Positions 1-8,881 of a DNA stretch of 34,362 nt are shown here, one piece after another; position 1 is the first letter of the stretch, and every line of letters starts with the position of its first letter. The notes beneath the pieces are model-generated. The model saw only the letters and a program-made list of their open reading frames with translations, was not told the origin of the DNA and made no database searches. The stretch is taken from the NCBI GenBank assembly GCA_964640425.1, contig CAZXFC010000002.1, positions 1-34,362 of the forward strand. The letters are read 5' to 3'. Origin of the DNA: an uncultured Candidatus Saccharibacteria bacterium. Lineage in GTDB: Bacteria; Patescibacteriota; Minisyncoccia; UBA11713; 2-01-FULL-45-33. A program made the translations under genes and the position numbers.

Positions 1-2
1 GG

Positions 3-350
3 GGCATCGGCATTACGCCCTACCGAAGCATGATTAAATATCTTATTGATACAAACGAAAAGCGCGACATCGTGCTGTTTTATTCGAACAAAACAGATTC
101 CGAGATTGCCTATAGAGAACTTTTTGAAGAAGCGCGGCAGAAGATCGATTTGCATTTATTCTATATCAACAACGACAAAGACGGTTTTTTGGACGGGCAA
201 AAAATAAAAGAAGTAGTTCCGGATTTCAGGGAACGCGACTTTTATATTTCCGGTCCGCATTCGATGGTGGAAGCATTTGAACGCATTCTCCGCAATATGG
301 GCGTTCCACGCGCCCGCATCAAAACCGATTTCTTCCCCGGCTACGCTTAA
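3..350 (+). CDS. FAD/NAD(P)-binding oxidoreductase, ferredoxin-NADP reductase-like, C-terminal part (5' truncated by window)
   Basis: Frame reads GIGITPYRSM...FYISGPHSMV...TDFFPGY. The GxGITP and YxxGP motifs are typical of the FNR NAD-binding domain. Confidence 0.85.
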   Translation, partial: GIGITPYRSMIKYLIDTNEKRDIVLFYSNKTDSEIAYRELFEEARQKIDLHLFYINNDKDGFLDGQKIKEVVPDFRERDFYISGPHSMVEAFERILRNMGVPRARIKTDFFPGYA

Positions 351-375
351 TTGACCGAAACTAAGTTTCGGACAA
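351..375. repeat. 25-bp REP-like imperfect palindrome TTGACCGAAACTAAGTTTCGGACAA, copy 1
   Basis: TTG-A-CCGAAACT-A-AGTTTCGG-A-CAA; identical copy at 1019-1043. Confidence 0.9.
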
Positions 376-384
376 TAATACGAT

Positions 385-1032
385 ATGCGCAAGGAACCAT
401 TTATTGAAGGGGAGTTTTATCATGTTTATTCACATTCCATAGGCGACATGGTCCTATTCAAAACCGACAGCGATTATGAAAGATTTTTGTCAGTCTTATT
501 CGCGGCTAACGGAAAACGGGATGTATCCCACCTTGATCGCTTTAATGGCCTAAACTTAGTTTCGGACATAAGGGACGGCAAAATAGATATTGGAGATAAA
601 ATGCTGGATATTGCCGGTTTTTGCCTCATGCCAAACCATTTTCATTTGGTTCTTCGGGAAGGGAAAGATGGAAATATTTCATTATTTATGCACAAAATTC
701 TGGTTAGTTTCGCAAAATATTTCAATATCAAAAATGAAAGGCGCGGGCATGTATTTGAGAGAACTTTTGATGCCAAGCATTTATTGAACGATAATTATCT
801 TATGCGCGCGCTGGCTTATATTCATCTCAACCCAAAAGATCTTAATGGCTGGAATAGGAAAGAATCACAATATCCTTGGTCTAGTTTTCAGGATTATGTC
901 GGAGAAAACAGGTGGGGTAAATTGATAAGTATCGACTTTGCGATAGATTTTTTAACTAGGGACAAAAATGAATTCAGGAGTTTTACCGATAGCGCGCGAA
1001 ATGACGACTATACGATATTTGACCGAAACTAA
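385..1032 (+). CDS. REP-associated tyrosine transposase (RAYT, HUH Y1 family)
   Basis: MPNHFHL (HUH), RRGHVF, YIHLNP (catalytic Tyr) and YPWSS motifs; flanked by palindromic repeats. Confidence 0.9.
   Translation: MRKEPFIEGEFYHVYSHSIGDMVLFKTDSDYERFLSVLFAANGKRDVSHLDRFNGLNLVSDIRDGKIDIGDKMLDIAGFCLMPNHFHLVLREGKDGNISLFMHKILVSFAKYFNIKNERRGHVFERTFDAKHLLNDNYLMRALAYIHLNPKDLNGWNRKESQYPWSSFQDYVGENRWGKLISIDFAIDFLTRDKNEFRSFTDSARNDDYTIFDRN
545..569. repeat. Degenerate in-gene copy of the 25-bp palindrome (ATGGCCTAAACTTAGTTTCGGACAT)
   Basis: Same 25-nt architecture, read in frame as NGLNLVSDI within RAYT. Confidence 0.75.
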
Positions 1033-1043
1033 GTTTCGGACAA
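1019..1043. repeat. 25-bp REP-like palindrome, copy 2, containing the RAYT stop codon
   Basis: Exact match to 351-375. Confidence 0.9.
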
Positions 1044-1049
1044 AATTGC

Positions 1050-1517
1050 TTATTTCCCTTCAGAACTCTCCGAATATTCCAAATCTTTGCTCCATCGGTC
1101 AAAGCGGTTGTAAAAAAAGAAATGTCCCGGAGATTTAAAAGGGACTTCCAACGATCTTCCTTTTTGGAACATCGGGAAAGAGCCTGTTTTTTTTCCTCCT
1201 TTTTTCCAAACCTCAAATAATCTTTTTGGCGTGAATGTCAGCGGGTCTTTTATACCGCGCCTTATGAATGAACGCGTGTGCTCTGTATCCAATGGTGAGC
1301 CATTGAGAAGCGCGATGCCTTCGGCCAGAGCCGCTTTCATTTTTAATTTTTTCTCGGCATCGGTATCCTTCGGGATATTTTTTTCTTCCTGCAGCCTCTC
1401 AGTGAACGGACCTCCCAACTTCATCAGATTTTTCATTGTGTCGTCGAAGATCATCCTCGAAATCGCCTCTCCCATGCGATTCAACTTTTGGCTCTGAATC
1501 CATGGCCGATTGTTCAA
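1050..1517 (-). CDS. Hypothetical protein
   Basis: 155-aa ORF filling the gap between RAYT and dedA; no recognised motif. Confidence 0.55.
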   Translation of the reverse strand: MNNRPWIQSQKLNRMGEAISRMIFDDTMKNLMKLGGPFTERLQEEKNIPKDTDAEKKLKMKAALAEGIALLNGSPLDTEHTRSFIRRGIKDPLTFTPKRLFEVWKKGGKKTGSFPMFQKGRSLEVPFKSPGHFFFYNRFDRWSKDLEYSESSEGK

Positions 1518-1562
1518 AATTCATGCATTTATCGTATATCCGATAAAGTATATAATCAATTC

Positions 1563-2176
1563 ATGCTGGGAATTACGGAAGCGGGAATCGCCAACCTCAT
1601 ACTCCAATACGGATATTGGATAATTTTCTTTATCTCAATTCCCGAAGGTCCGATCGTCGGAATAATCGCCGGGTTTTTGGCGGGACAAGGATATCTGGAT
1701 CCGATCTTGGTTTTTGTGATATTATTCCTAGGCGATATTTTCGGGGACATTGTACACTACGCAATAGGTCGGTGGGCGAGGCATGGATTCTTGGACCGCT
1801 GGGGCAAATATCTGGGCGCTCCGCCAGAAAAAATGCAGAAAATAGAACAATATTTTCTGAACAATCAATTTAAGATACTCGCTTTCGCCAAGACACAGAC
1901 AATCGGCTCGGTTTTTTTTTTTTTTGCCAAAGCCGTAAAACCTCCATCATGACAATTCGTCTGGTAAACTATGACTGGTACAATATCATCGGCACAATAC
2001 CCAAAGTTTTGATATTGGAAGCGATGGGTTTTTATTTCGGGCAGGGTATCAGAAGCGCCGGCAAATACGTGGATTATTTCGGAATTCTGTCCTTTGCTCT
2101 CGGTATTGCGGCGGTAATCGCATATATCATTTATTATAAATATTCAAAGAAACAAACTCCGGACTATCTGGAATAA
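1563..2176 (+). pseudogene. dedA: DedA/VTT family membrane protein, split by a frameshift near 1912-1970
   Basis: YGYWIIF..PEGP...GDIFGDIVHYAIGRW in one frame, then WYNIIGTIPK...GFYFG in another; T14 tract at 1912-1925. Confidence 0.75.
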
Positions 2177-2180
2177 AACC

Positions 2181-3197
2181 ATGAGAAAAATACTTATCGC
2201 GACCGACTCCTGGCGCCCGCATATGGACGGTGTGGTCAGGCATATTGACGCGCTTATAAAGGAGATCAAAAAAATAGGGGTGGAGTCCGTCATTCTGCAC
2301 CCCCGTCTATTTTTTAGTTTTTCCCTGCCGTTCTATCAGGATTACCGTTTTACGGCACATGTAAGATCAAAAGCAAAACAAATTATTAAAAAAGAAAAAC
2401 CTGATCACGTCCATATTATGACATCCGGCCCCGTAGGAATGGCTGTACGGCGAATTTGTCTGGAAAATAACATTCATTTTACGACAACGTATTCAACGCA
2501 TTTTCCTAATTACGCAAAAGAATACATCTTAAAATCGAATGTTGTATTTAATATGATATATTCGTATTTGAAGTGGTTCCATAATGCCGGAGCCAAAACT
2601 ATGGTAAGCACAATGAGCTTAAAGGAAGAAGTTGAAAAAAAAGGCTTTAAAAATGTAGTCGTGTGCCCGCTGGGAGTTGACACCGAAATTTTTAAGTCCG
2701 GATCAAATAAACCCGATCTCCTACAAAAAGTAAAACGGCCGGTCTTCGTTTATTTGGGACGGATCGCAAAAGAAAAAAATGTTGAAGAATTTCTTAAGTG
2801 CCGCCTGCCGGGCACCAAATTGATAATAGGAAGCGGCCCGCTAAAGGCAAATTTTGAAATAAAATATAGCGATGCCATTTTTGCGGGTGAAAAAAGAGGA
2901 CAAGAATTAACGGACCTTTTGAGCGCCTCGGATGTCTTCGTGTTCCCGTCGGTTACTGAAACTTTCGGACTTGTAATATTAGAGGCATTGTCATGCGGCA
3001 TACCGGTGGCGGCGCATAATGTAATGGGGCCTAAAGACATAATATCGCAGGGAATAGACGGGTACATGGATGATAATCTGGCAAAAGCAGCGCTAAAATG
3101 CCTGGACATACCCCGGGAAAATTGCCGCAAAAAAGCCTTAAAATTTTCCTGGAAACGCTCCGCGGATATTTTTATAAAAAATCTAAGTCAAGTCTGA
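2181..3197 (+). CDS. Glycosyltransferase family 4 (GT-B, glycolipid synthase-like)
   Basis: KILIATDSWRPHMDGVV, GRIAKEKN and FPSVTETFGLVILEALSCG (EX7E motif). Confidence 0.9.
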   Translation: MRKILIATDSWRPHMDGVVRHIDALIKEIKKIGVESVILHPRLFFSFSLPFYQDYRFTAHVRSKAKQIIKKEKPDHVHIMTSGPVGMAVRRICLENNIHFTTTYSTHFPNYAKEYILKSNVVFNMIYSYLKWFHNAGAKTMVSTMSLKEEVEKKGFKNVVVCPLGVDTEIFKSGSNKPDLLQKVKRPVFVYLGRIAKEKNVEEFLKCRLPGTKLIIGSGPLKANFEIKYSDAIFAGEKRGQELTDLLSASDVFVFPSVTETFGLVILEALSCGIPVAAHNVMGPKDIISQGIDGYMDDNLAKAALKCLDIPRENCRKKALKFSWKRSADIFIKNLSQV

Positions 3198-3737
3198 AGA
3201 TTCGAGATTATCAATGATCTTGTAAAGAGGATTTACGAGCATCAGATATATGTTAGCAATGATAAAACAAATTGTATAAATCCAAACAGAGGTCAAGACA
3301 TTTGAGGTTAATGTAAAATAAAGAGTAATAGCGGAAGCCGCCGCTCCCGATAGATCCACTAATATTTTTCTGCGAAGAAGTAATAGATGAGGAATTCTGC
3401 CAAGTAAAATAGCATATTTTATCGTGGCGAATATAAAAAGAAATAACACCCAGACAATAAACTTAGTCGGGTTATTGAGATAATAAGCTAAAACAGACAT
3501 TATAATAACCAGGGAAACATCGATAGCATGCTGGCTCATTATTACGTGTGGAGTTATTGAAGAAAACAACCGAATTGAAAAGTATGTGTTAATAATGAGT
3601 ACAAAATAAAATAAAAATAAGGGGGCTGATTGCGTCAGACTATCTAGTCGAAAAAAATAAAATATCATTGCAAAGGCAACAAATAGCATCGTGGTATAGG
3701 TAGCTTTTTTCTGTGGTTTAAGGAAAAATTTTAGCAT
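3183..3737 (-). CDS. Hypothetical multi-pass membrane protein
   Basis: About six hydrophobic segments; directly downstream of the GT2 gene on the same strand. Confidence 0.75.
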   Translation of the reverse strand: MLKFFLKPQKKATYTTMLFVAFAMIFYFFRLDSLTQSAPLFLFYFVLIINTYFSIRLFSSITPHVIMSQHAIDVSLVIIMSVLAYYLNNPTKFIVWVLFLFIFATIKYAILLGRIPHLLLLRRKILVDLSGAAASAITLYFTLTSNVLTSVWIYTICFIIANIYLMLVNPLYKIIDNLESSDLT

Positions 3738-3745
3738 ATTTTTGT

Positions 3746-4450
3746 TTATCGGGTGTTCGCTTTAACCATGCGAGTCATTGTCCAAATTTGTCGGATAACG
3801 GTGCGGATTTTCATCAGGCGGATTATCTGTAGAAACATTTTTGAATCTCCCAAAAGGCCGGACCAACGCCCGACTTTGCCCGCCTTCGTAGTCTGAACAA
3901 CGCCGCTCCAGAGGACGGATACCAAGCGCAATTTTCCGTCTATTATTAATTCATTAATATAAGATTCAAGTCCGTACGAAGGAAGCATGGATATCTTTTC
4001 AAGATGCCCTTCCAATAGCGATTTTTGAAAAACCCTTTCCCCGGAAATATAGTCTATTCCAAACCATTTGTATATAAATAAGCTGTTTCTGCGCAGAGAA
4101 ATAGCAACATCGGCTTTACCCGAAAGCACCGGCTCAGCAAGGCCTTCAAGAGCGGTATTTGATAGTCCCACAAGATCCGCATCCAGCATCATAATAAATT
4201 CGCCGGTGGCGACGGACACGCCCGTAACAAATGCCTTGCTCTTGCCCCGGTTCACTCCGTGCCTTATGAGCTTAACATTTTTATATTTTTCCACGACTTC
4301 CGCCGTCTTGTCTTTAGAGCCGTCATCTACAACGATGACTTCGGCAAAAAGAGGGCTTGAGGCGACGACATCCAGCACATTTTTAATGCGCGGTTCCTCA
4401 TTGTACGCGCAAATAACGCATGATATGCCTGAAACAGGTTCATTTGCCAT
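3746..4450 (-). CDS. Glycosyltransferase family 2
   Basis: ISCVICAYNEE, VVDDGSKD, NRGK and LDAD (DxD) motifs. Confidence 0.9.
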   Translation of the reverse strand: MANEPVSGISCVICAYNEEPRIKNVLDVVASSPLFAEVIVVDDGSKDKTAEVVEKYKNVKLIRHGVNRGKSKAFVTGVSVATGEFIMMLDADLVGLSNTALEGLAEPVLSGKADVAISLRRNSLFIYKWFGIDYISGERVFQKSLLEGHLEKISMLPSYGLESYINELIIDGKLRLVSVLWSGVVQTTKAGKVGRWSGLLGDSKMFLQIIRLMKIRTVIRQIWTMTRMVKANTR

Positions 4451-4485
4451 ATTCAGATTATAATCTAAAATTAAATAATAAGCTT

Positions 4486-5124
4486 ATGAACGCCTTATGC
4501 AAAAAATATAAGGATTATTTTTTACAGCGCGATTTTAGGAGGGACGTAATAAGATCGGGTCTGCTATTGCTCGTCAGCCTTGTAGTCAACTTTTACGCCG
4601 GCATCTACGCCACGGGGCGCGCTTCCAACCACGTGACCGATATCATACTGGACAATATACCCACATATAATATTGACGGTACTTTTGTTTGGGCGACTTT
4701 CGGATTCTGGACATTCATTATTTTTTTGGCGCTAAAAGAACCCAAAAGAATTCCGTATCTTATGAACGCAGTAGCAACTTTTACCATTATCCGCTCGGGA
4801 TTCATCAGTCTCACTCACATAGGACCTTACCCTTCGCAAATTGAAATCGACTCTTATATCTTAAGTTACTTTATATTCGGTGCAGATCTATTTTTCTCCG
4901 GGCATACGGGTCTTCCGTTCTTATTTGCGCTTATCTTTTGGGAAGAAAGAGTTCTCCGATACTTGTTCATCGCAATGGCTCTGGCTTTCGGCACAATCGT
5001 TCTTATCGCGCATGTCCATTACTCCATTGACGTCGCCTCAGCATTTTTCATCACTTACTCCATCTGGCATGTGGTCCAGTATTTGTTCAAAAAAGATAAA
5101 GAACTTTTTGAAAGGGTCGCATAA
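4486..5124 (+). CDS. PAP2-superfamily phosphotransferase (sphingomyelin/IPC-synthase-like membrane protein)
   Basis: DLFFSGHT and HVHYSIDV catalytic motifs plus about six TM helices; ATG 4486 chosen to avoid overlap with the GT2 gene. Confidence 0.8.
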   Translation: MNALCKKYKDYFLQRDFRRDVIRSGLLLLVSLVVNFYAGIYATGRASNHVTDIILDNIPTYNIDGTFVWATFGFWTFIIFLALKEPKRIPYLMNAVATFTIIRSGFISLTHIGPYPSQIEIDSYILSYFIFGADLFFSGHTGLPFLFALIFWEERVLRYLFIAMALAFGTIVLIAHVHYSIDVASAFFITYSIWHVVQYLFKKDKELFERVA

Positions 5125-5253
5125 ACTCGAAAAACAAAACGATCCAGATGACCCGGGTTTTTTCCTGCTGGAAAAACCCTGAAAACTCGCGCCAGCCCGC
5201 GCTCCGTACGTCATCTGGCTCGTCTGTTTTTCAGTTTATGGTAAACTTGACTC

Positions 5254-5733
5254 ATGGACCAATACTTCAGCCTCATTAAAAATCCGCCATGGGACTTTGC
5301 GCTTATTCTGACTCTTGCCGCAGGCGCTTTTTTTTGGGGAGCGTCCAACGGCAAAAAAGCTCTCGACTTTATCATAGTCAACATGTACATAATGCTGGCA
5401 TTGTGGCCGTTCGTACCTTTGAGTCTTTTAACCGACGGCAGAGATAATTTGGAATTATGGAGTTTTAAAGCGGGAGTTTTTACGCTCCTTTTAATATTGC
5501 TTTTGCTGTTTATGTCGCGTACTTTCAGCTGGACGGGCAAGGAGGGGGTCTGGTGGGAGATTCTGATACTTGCCTTGCTGGTAAGCGGTTTTTTTCTGTC
5601 GATAATACTTTCTTTCGCTCCTGCCAATAAGGACTTTTTGTATTTGCACCCTTTAATACTGCAATTTTTCGCCGATCCGGAATTCGCGCGCTGGTGGAGT
5701 ATATTTCCGATATTAGGCGTTTTGTTTATTTAG
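5254..5733 (+). CDS. Hypothetical membrane protein
   Basis: Hydrophobic 159-aa ORF; extended -10 TGgTAAACT 6 nt upstream of the ATG. Confidence 0.75.
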   Translation: MDQYFSLIKNPPWDFALILTLAAGAFFWGASNGKKALDFIIVNMYIMLALWPFVPLSLLTDGRDNLELWSFKAGVFTLLLILLLLFMSRTFSWTGKEGVWWEILILALLVSGFFLSIILSFAPANKDFLYLHPLILQFFADPEFARWWSIFPILGVLFI

Positions 5734-5773
5734 TTTTCATAACCGCTTCATCTTCATTGTTTTAAATGCCAGC

Positions 5774-5896
5774 ATGGCAAAAAATAAAAAATCCGAAGAC
5801 GAAAATAAAGAAGTTGCAAAAAAAGAAGACATAAAAGATGAGCCGGAAGTCTTGGACGCACCGGAAGAAGAAAAGGAAGAGAATGAAAACGAATAA
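5774..5896 (+). CDS. Small highly charged protein (40 aa, not in ORF track)
   Basis: MAKNKKSEDENKEVAKKEDIKDEPEVLDAPEEEKEENENE*; protein-like GAA/AAA codon periodicity. Confidence 0.6.
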   Translation: MAKNKKSEDENKEVAKKEDIKDEPEVLDAPEEEKEENENE

Positions 5897-5931
5897 ATAG
5901 ATATACGGAAGCGGTACTGTACTTGCCGATC

Positions 5932-5960
5932 TTGACAGAGGACACTATATATATTATGCT
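5932..5960 (+). promoter_or_regulatory. Sigma70-type promoter
   Basis: TTGACA-17-TATGCT, followed by the palindrome ATCAAGCTA-TAT-TAGCTTGAT (5976-5996). Confidence 0.7.
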
Positions 5961-6029
5961 TAAAACAGCGTAGTAATCAAGCTATATTAGCTTGATCGCA
6001 CATTCCAAACCAAAAGGAAGGATAAGGCC

Positions 6030-6296
6030 ATGAGACATATTCTTACGGTGTGTGTAGTTCTTGCTCTTTTCACTATCGGATGCGAGAAGTCGGAAGCGGT
6101 TCGTGCGCAGGAGTGGAATCAGCGAATGCAGGTCATAGTGAACGATGTGGTAAGTAGAATTCAGTACATCAAGGACACGCGTACCGGTCAGTGCTTCGCC
6201 TACTATTGGGGTGGCTTGGGCGATGGTGGACCTGCCCTCGCGACGGTTCCTTGCGAGGCGATTCCGTCTCAGTTGCTCACGATAGCGATCCACTAA
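6030..6296 (+). CDS. Small predicted lipoprotein
   Basis: Signal peptide ending FTIG-C, purine-rich SD-like leader, two additional Cys. Confidence 0.75.
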   Translation: MRHILTVCVVLALFTIGCEKSEAVRAQEWNQRMQVIVNDVVSRIQYIKDTRTGQCFAYYWGGLGDGGPALATVPCEAIPSQLLTIAIH

Positions 6297-6325
6297 CACA
6301 AAGGGATTAATCAAGCCTACTGCCT

Positions 6326-6364
6326 ACCGCTATGTCTTCGGACATAGCGGTTTTTCTTTTTTTT
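6326..6364 (+). terminator. Intrinsic terminator
   Basis: ACCGCTATGTC-TTCG-GACATAGCGGT (11-bp stem, UUCG loop) plus T tract. Confidence 0.9.
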
Positions 6365-6471
6365 CTCTAAATGATTTATCATTAGTGCCGCTCATTATAA
6401 GGAAATCGCCCCTCTGAGCAAAACGGCTCTTTTTTGTAATAAAAAAGTGCGAAATTATCGCACTATGGAAA

Positions 6472-6954
6472 TTATATGCCGGGAAAGTAAAAAGACTGAA
6501 CCTGTTGTGGCATTCTATGAACAAATGCCACCGACCATGCAGGTAAAATATTCTTTGTTTTTTCTTTCAGTAAATCCAACCCAGAAATTCTGATAAACCC
6601 TCTAAAATCAGCAAGTAGAGAGCTAATGGTGCCACAACTATTAGCCTGTATAAGTAATTCTTTGGTGAAATAATGGTCACCATTATAATCTCTCCAGGTG
6701 CAGGTTCTTAAGTTTTGAATTTTGGCCACTTTGCCGCCAAAAACAGATGTAATTTCAGTTGTTCTTCGGACGGTTCTATTTGGCAGAATATCAATCAAAA
6801 TATCGGCAGTCATTAGGAGATGGTCAACCCAAGCCTCAAAACATCCATCTAGTAGAGTCATTAATACACGCCTGTCCTCTTCTTGATTTAAAAGACCTAA
6901 TTCAGTTAAATCTCGCTTTAAATTATCAGAATCATAATACATTATTATTGCCAT
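6472..6954 (-). CDS. Hypothetical protein (AT-rich)
   Basis: 160-aa ORF with GGAGG SD 5 nt upstream of the ATG. Confidence 0.65.
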   Translation of the reverse strand: MAIIMYYDSDNLKRDLTELGLLNQEEDRRVLMTLLDGCFEAWVDHLLMTADILIDILPNRTVRRTTEITSVFGGKVAKIQNLRTCTWRDYNGDHYFTKELLIQANSCGTISSLLADFRGFIRISGLDLLKEKTKNILPAWSVAFVHRMPQQVQSFYFPGI

Positions 6955-7088
6955 AAATACCTCCGTATACAGTAATAAACTGGCTAGATATTAGCATTTT
7001 AGAGTTTCTAAATCAATGTCCAGGAGTGGCTGGCTATCTCCACCGTTCACATATACAGTATAACGGTTCGCACTATCTCAAAAATACT

Positions 7089-7135
7089 GGACAAAAATTA
7101 AACACACCCTAAGAGGATGTATTTAATTTTTGTCC
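7089..7135 (-). terminator. Long hairpin at the tRNA-Lys 3' end
   Basis: GGACAAAAATTAAACACA...TGTATTTAATTTTTGTCC, 17/18 complementary. Confidence 0.6.
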
Positions 7136-7205
7136 GCCCGGCAGGAATCGAACCTGCGACCATCTCCTTAAAAGGGAGCTGCTCTACCGACTGAGCTACG
7201 GGCGG
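7133..7205 (-). tRNA. tRNA-Lys(UUU)
   Basis: CCGCCCG TA GCTCAGTCGGTAGAGC...CT-TTT-AA...GCAGG TTCGATT CCTGC CGGGCGG A; full cloverleaf, CCA not encoded. Confidence 0.95.
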
Positions 7206-7289
7206 ATAATCGTATTTTATTGTAAACAATATTGTCCACTTCGGCAAGTTGGCTTTTAATGAAATGGAGGGATAAGCTTATAATAGAGT

Positions 7290-8120
7290 TTGGTTAACAA
7301 CGTGTTTAAAACTTACTCGAAAAAAGTGCTGATGTGCGGGCCTCCGGACCATTTTTTCCCAAGCGGACAAATCGAATACGAGATCAACGCCCACATGAAA
7401 AAAGGCACGCCCATAGATTTATCTGAAGCAAGAAAACAGTGGATAACATTAAAAGACGCGCTTTTGGATGCCGGGGCATGCTTAAGCATAATGAAACAGG
7501 CGGCAGGATTGCCGGACATGGTTTTCTCCGCAAACTTTGGGCTGGTAAAAAACCACAGAGCATTTATAAGTCGGTTCAGGCATAAAGAAAGATCCGGCGA
7601 AGCATTGTATTTCCGGGATTGGTGCATTGAGACCAATTATGTTTATGCGGCTGCGCCTAAAGGCTCGTTTTTCGAAGGAGAAGGGGACGCGCTATGGTGC
7701 GGTGAAAAACTGGTTTGCGGGTATGGATTCCGTTCCGATGAAACTGGGGTGCGGCTTGCGGGAGATTTCTTTGAAAACGAGACTGTACTTTTACATTTGA
7801 TCGACCCGTATTTTTATCATTTAGACACGTGCTTTTCATGGATAAAACGCAATCTGATGCTTGTATATCTTTCGGCCTTCGATGCAAGGTCCCAGGATGA
7901 GCTCGAGCGCTTAGGCGAACTTATTCCGGTTTCTTCCTATGACGCGCACAATTTCGTATGTAACACTATTCCAATCGGCAAGACATTGATAACCAGCCAT
8001 ATGAGCGCGCACCTAAAGACTCTGCTCGAAAACAAATACGGTTTCAAAGTTGTCACATTAGATTTTTCGATATTCAAGAAAGCCGGCGGCGCGGCCAAAT
8101 GCCTGATAGTATTCATATAA
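7290..8120 (+). CDS. Amidinotransferase / dimethylargininase (pentein) family protein
   Basis: LPDMVF.AN, FEGEGD, FYHLDT and C-terminal GGAAKC (Asp/His/Cys catalytic set); start may be ATG 7332. Confidence 0.85.
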   Translation: MVNNVFKTYSKKVLMCGPPDHFFPSGQIEYEINAHMKKGTPIDLSEARKQWITLKDALLDAGACLSIMKQAAGLPDMVFSANFGLVKNHRAFISRFRHKERSGEALYFRDWCIETNYVYAAAPKGSFFEGEGDALWCGEKLVCGYGFRSDETGVRLAGDFFENETVLLHLIDPYFYHLDTCFSWIKRNLMLVYLSAFDARSQDELERLGELIPVSSYDAHNFVCNTIPIGKTLITSHMSAHLKTLLENKYGFKVVTLDFSIFKKAGGAAKCLIVFI

Positions 8121-8168
8121 GATTACAAAAAAACCTTTAAAAATAAGGTTTTTTTATGTTGTAGTAAC

Positions 8169-8211
8169 TTGACAATTGTTTATTGACAATGCATAATATT
8201 TATGCTAACAT
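8169..8211 (+). promoter_or_regulatory. Tandem sigma70 promoters
   Basis: TTGACA(8169)-17-CATAAT and TTGACA(8183)-17-TAACAT with an extended TG; ATG 8219 lies 7 nt after the second -10. Confidence 0.65.
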
Positions 8212-8218
8212 GAAATAT

Positions 8219-8881
8219 ATGAAATTATGGTATTTTTTTATTCAGAATTTTCTAAGGCTTGTTTCGGTTCCCGTGCTGAAATTAATCTACGACATAGAAA
8301 TATACGGAAAAGAAAATATTCGATCATTGCCGAATAATTTGATAATTGCTTCAAATCATATAAGCCTGGCGGATTCTTTTTTTATCGCCATGCCGCTCCC
8401 GGCGTTTTCAAATTCGTTTCCGTTAAGATTTATGACCGAAGACGTTAAACTTGATAATAAGCTTGTAAAGTTTTTGCACAAATGCCGTATTTTAAAGGTC
8501 ATATATGCTTTTGGCGGAGCTTTTCCTTCTCGGCGTGGCAGGGGAATTGATGAGGCCATCAAATACCCAATTTCACTGCTTAAATCCGGCGCGACAATTG
8601 TAATGTTCCCGGAGGGGGGAATTTCGAATTCGGGGAATTTTTTGATGTTCCGCCGCGGCACGGCCGCTCTCTCAATAAAATCAAATTGCCAGATCCTGCC
8701 GATATATCTGGAAAAGCACGGCAGAACAATAAAAATCGTCATCGGCAAATTATTTTATCCGGTCTCAAGCGACTTCGATAAGGCTACGGCTCAGCTTAAA
8801 GAAAATGTCGAAACTCTTAAAAATATGCTAGTCTCTGTAATAGATAATAAAGTCTCGCAACATGGCCAAGCTCTTCTATGA
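8219..8881 (+). CDS. plsC: 1-acyl-sn-glycerol-3-phosphate acyltransferase family
   Basis: NHISLAD (HX4D) and FPEG motifs; start placed by the promoter. Confidence 0.85.
   Translation: MKLWYFFIQNFLRLVSVPVLKLIYDIEIYGKENIRSLPNNLIIASNHISLADSFFIAMPLPAFSNSFPLRFMTEDVKLDNKLVKFLHKCRILKVIYAFGGAFPSRRGRGIDEAIKYPISLLKSGATIVMFPEGGISNSGNFLMFRRGTAALSIKSNCQILPIYLEKHGRTIKIVIGKLFYPVSSDFDKATAQLKENVETLKNMLVSVIDNKVSQHGQALL

Noticed and set aside
5754-7135. Prophage or integrative element at tRNA-Lys
   Set aside because: No integrase, phage genes or att duplication seen.
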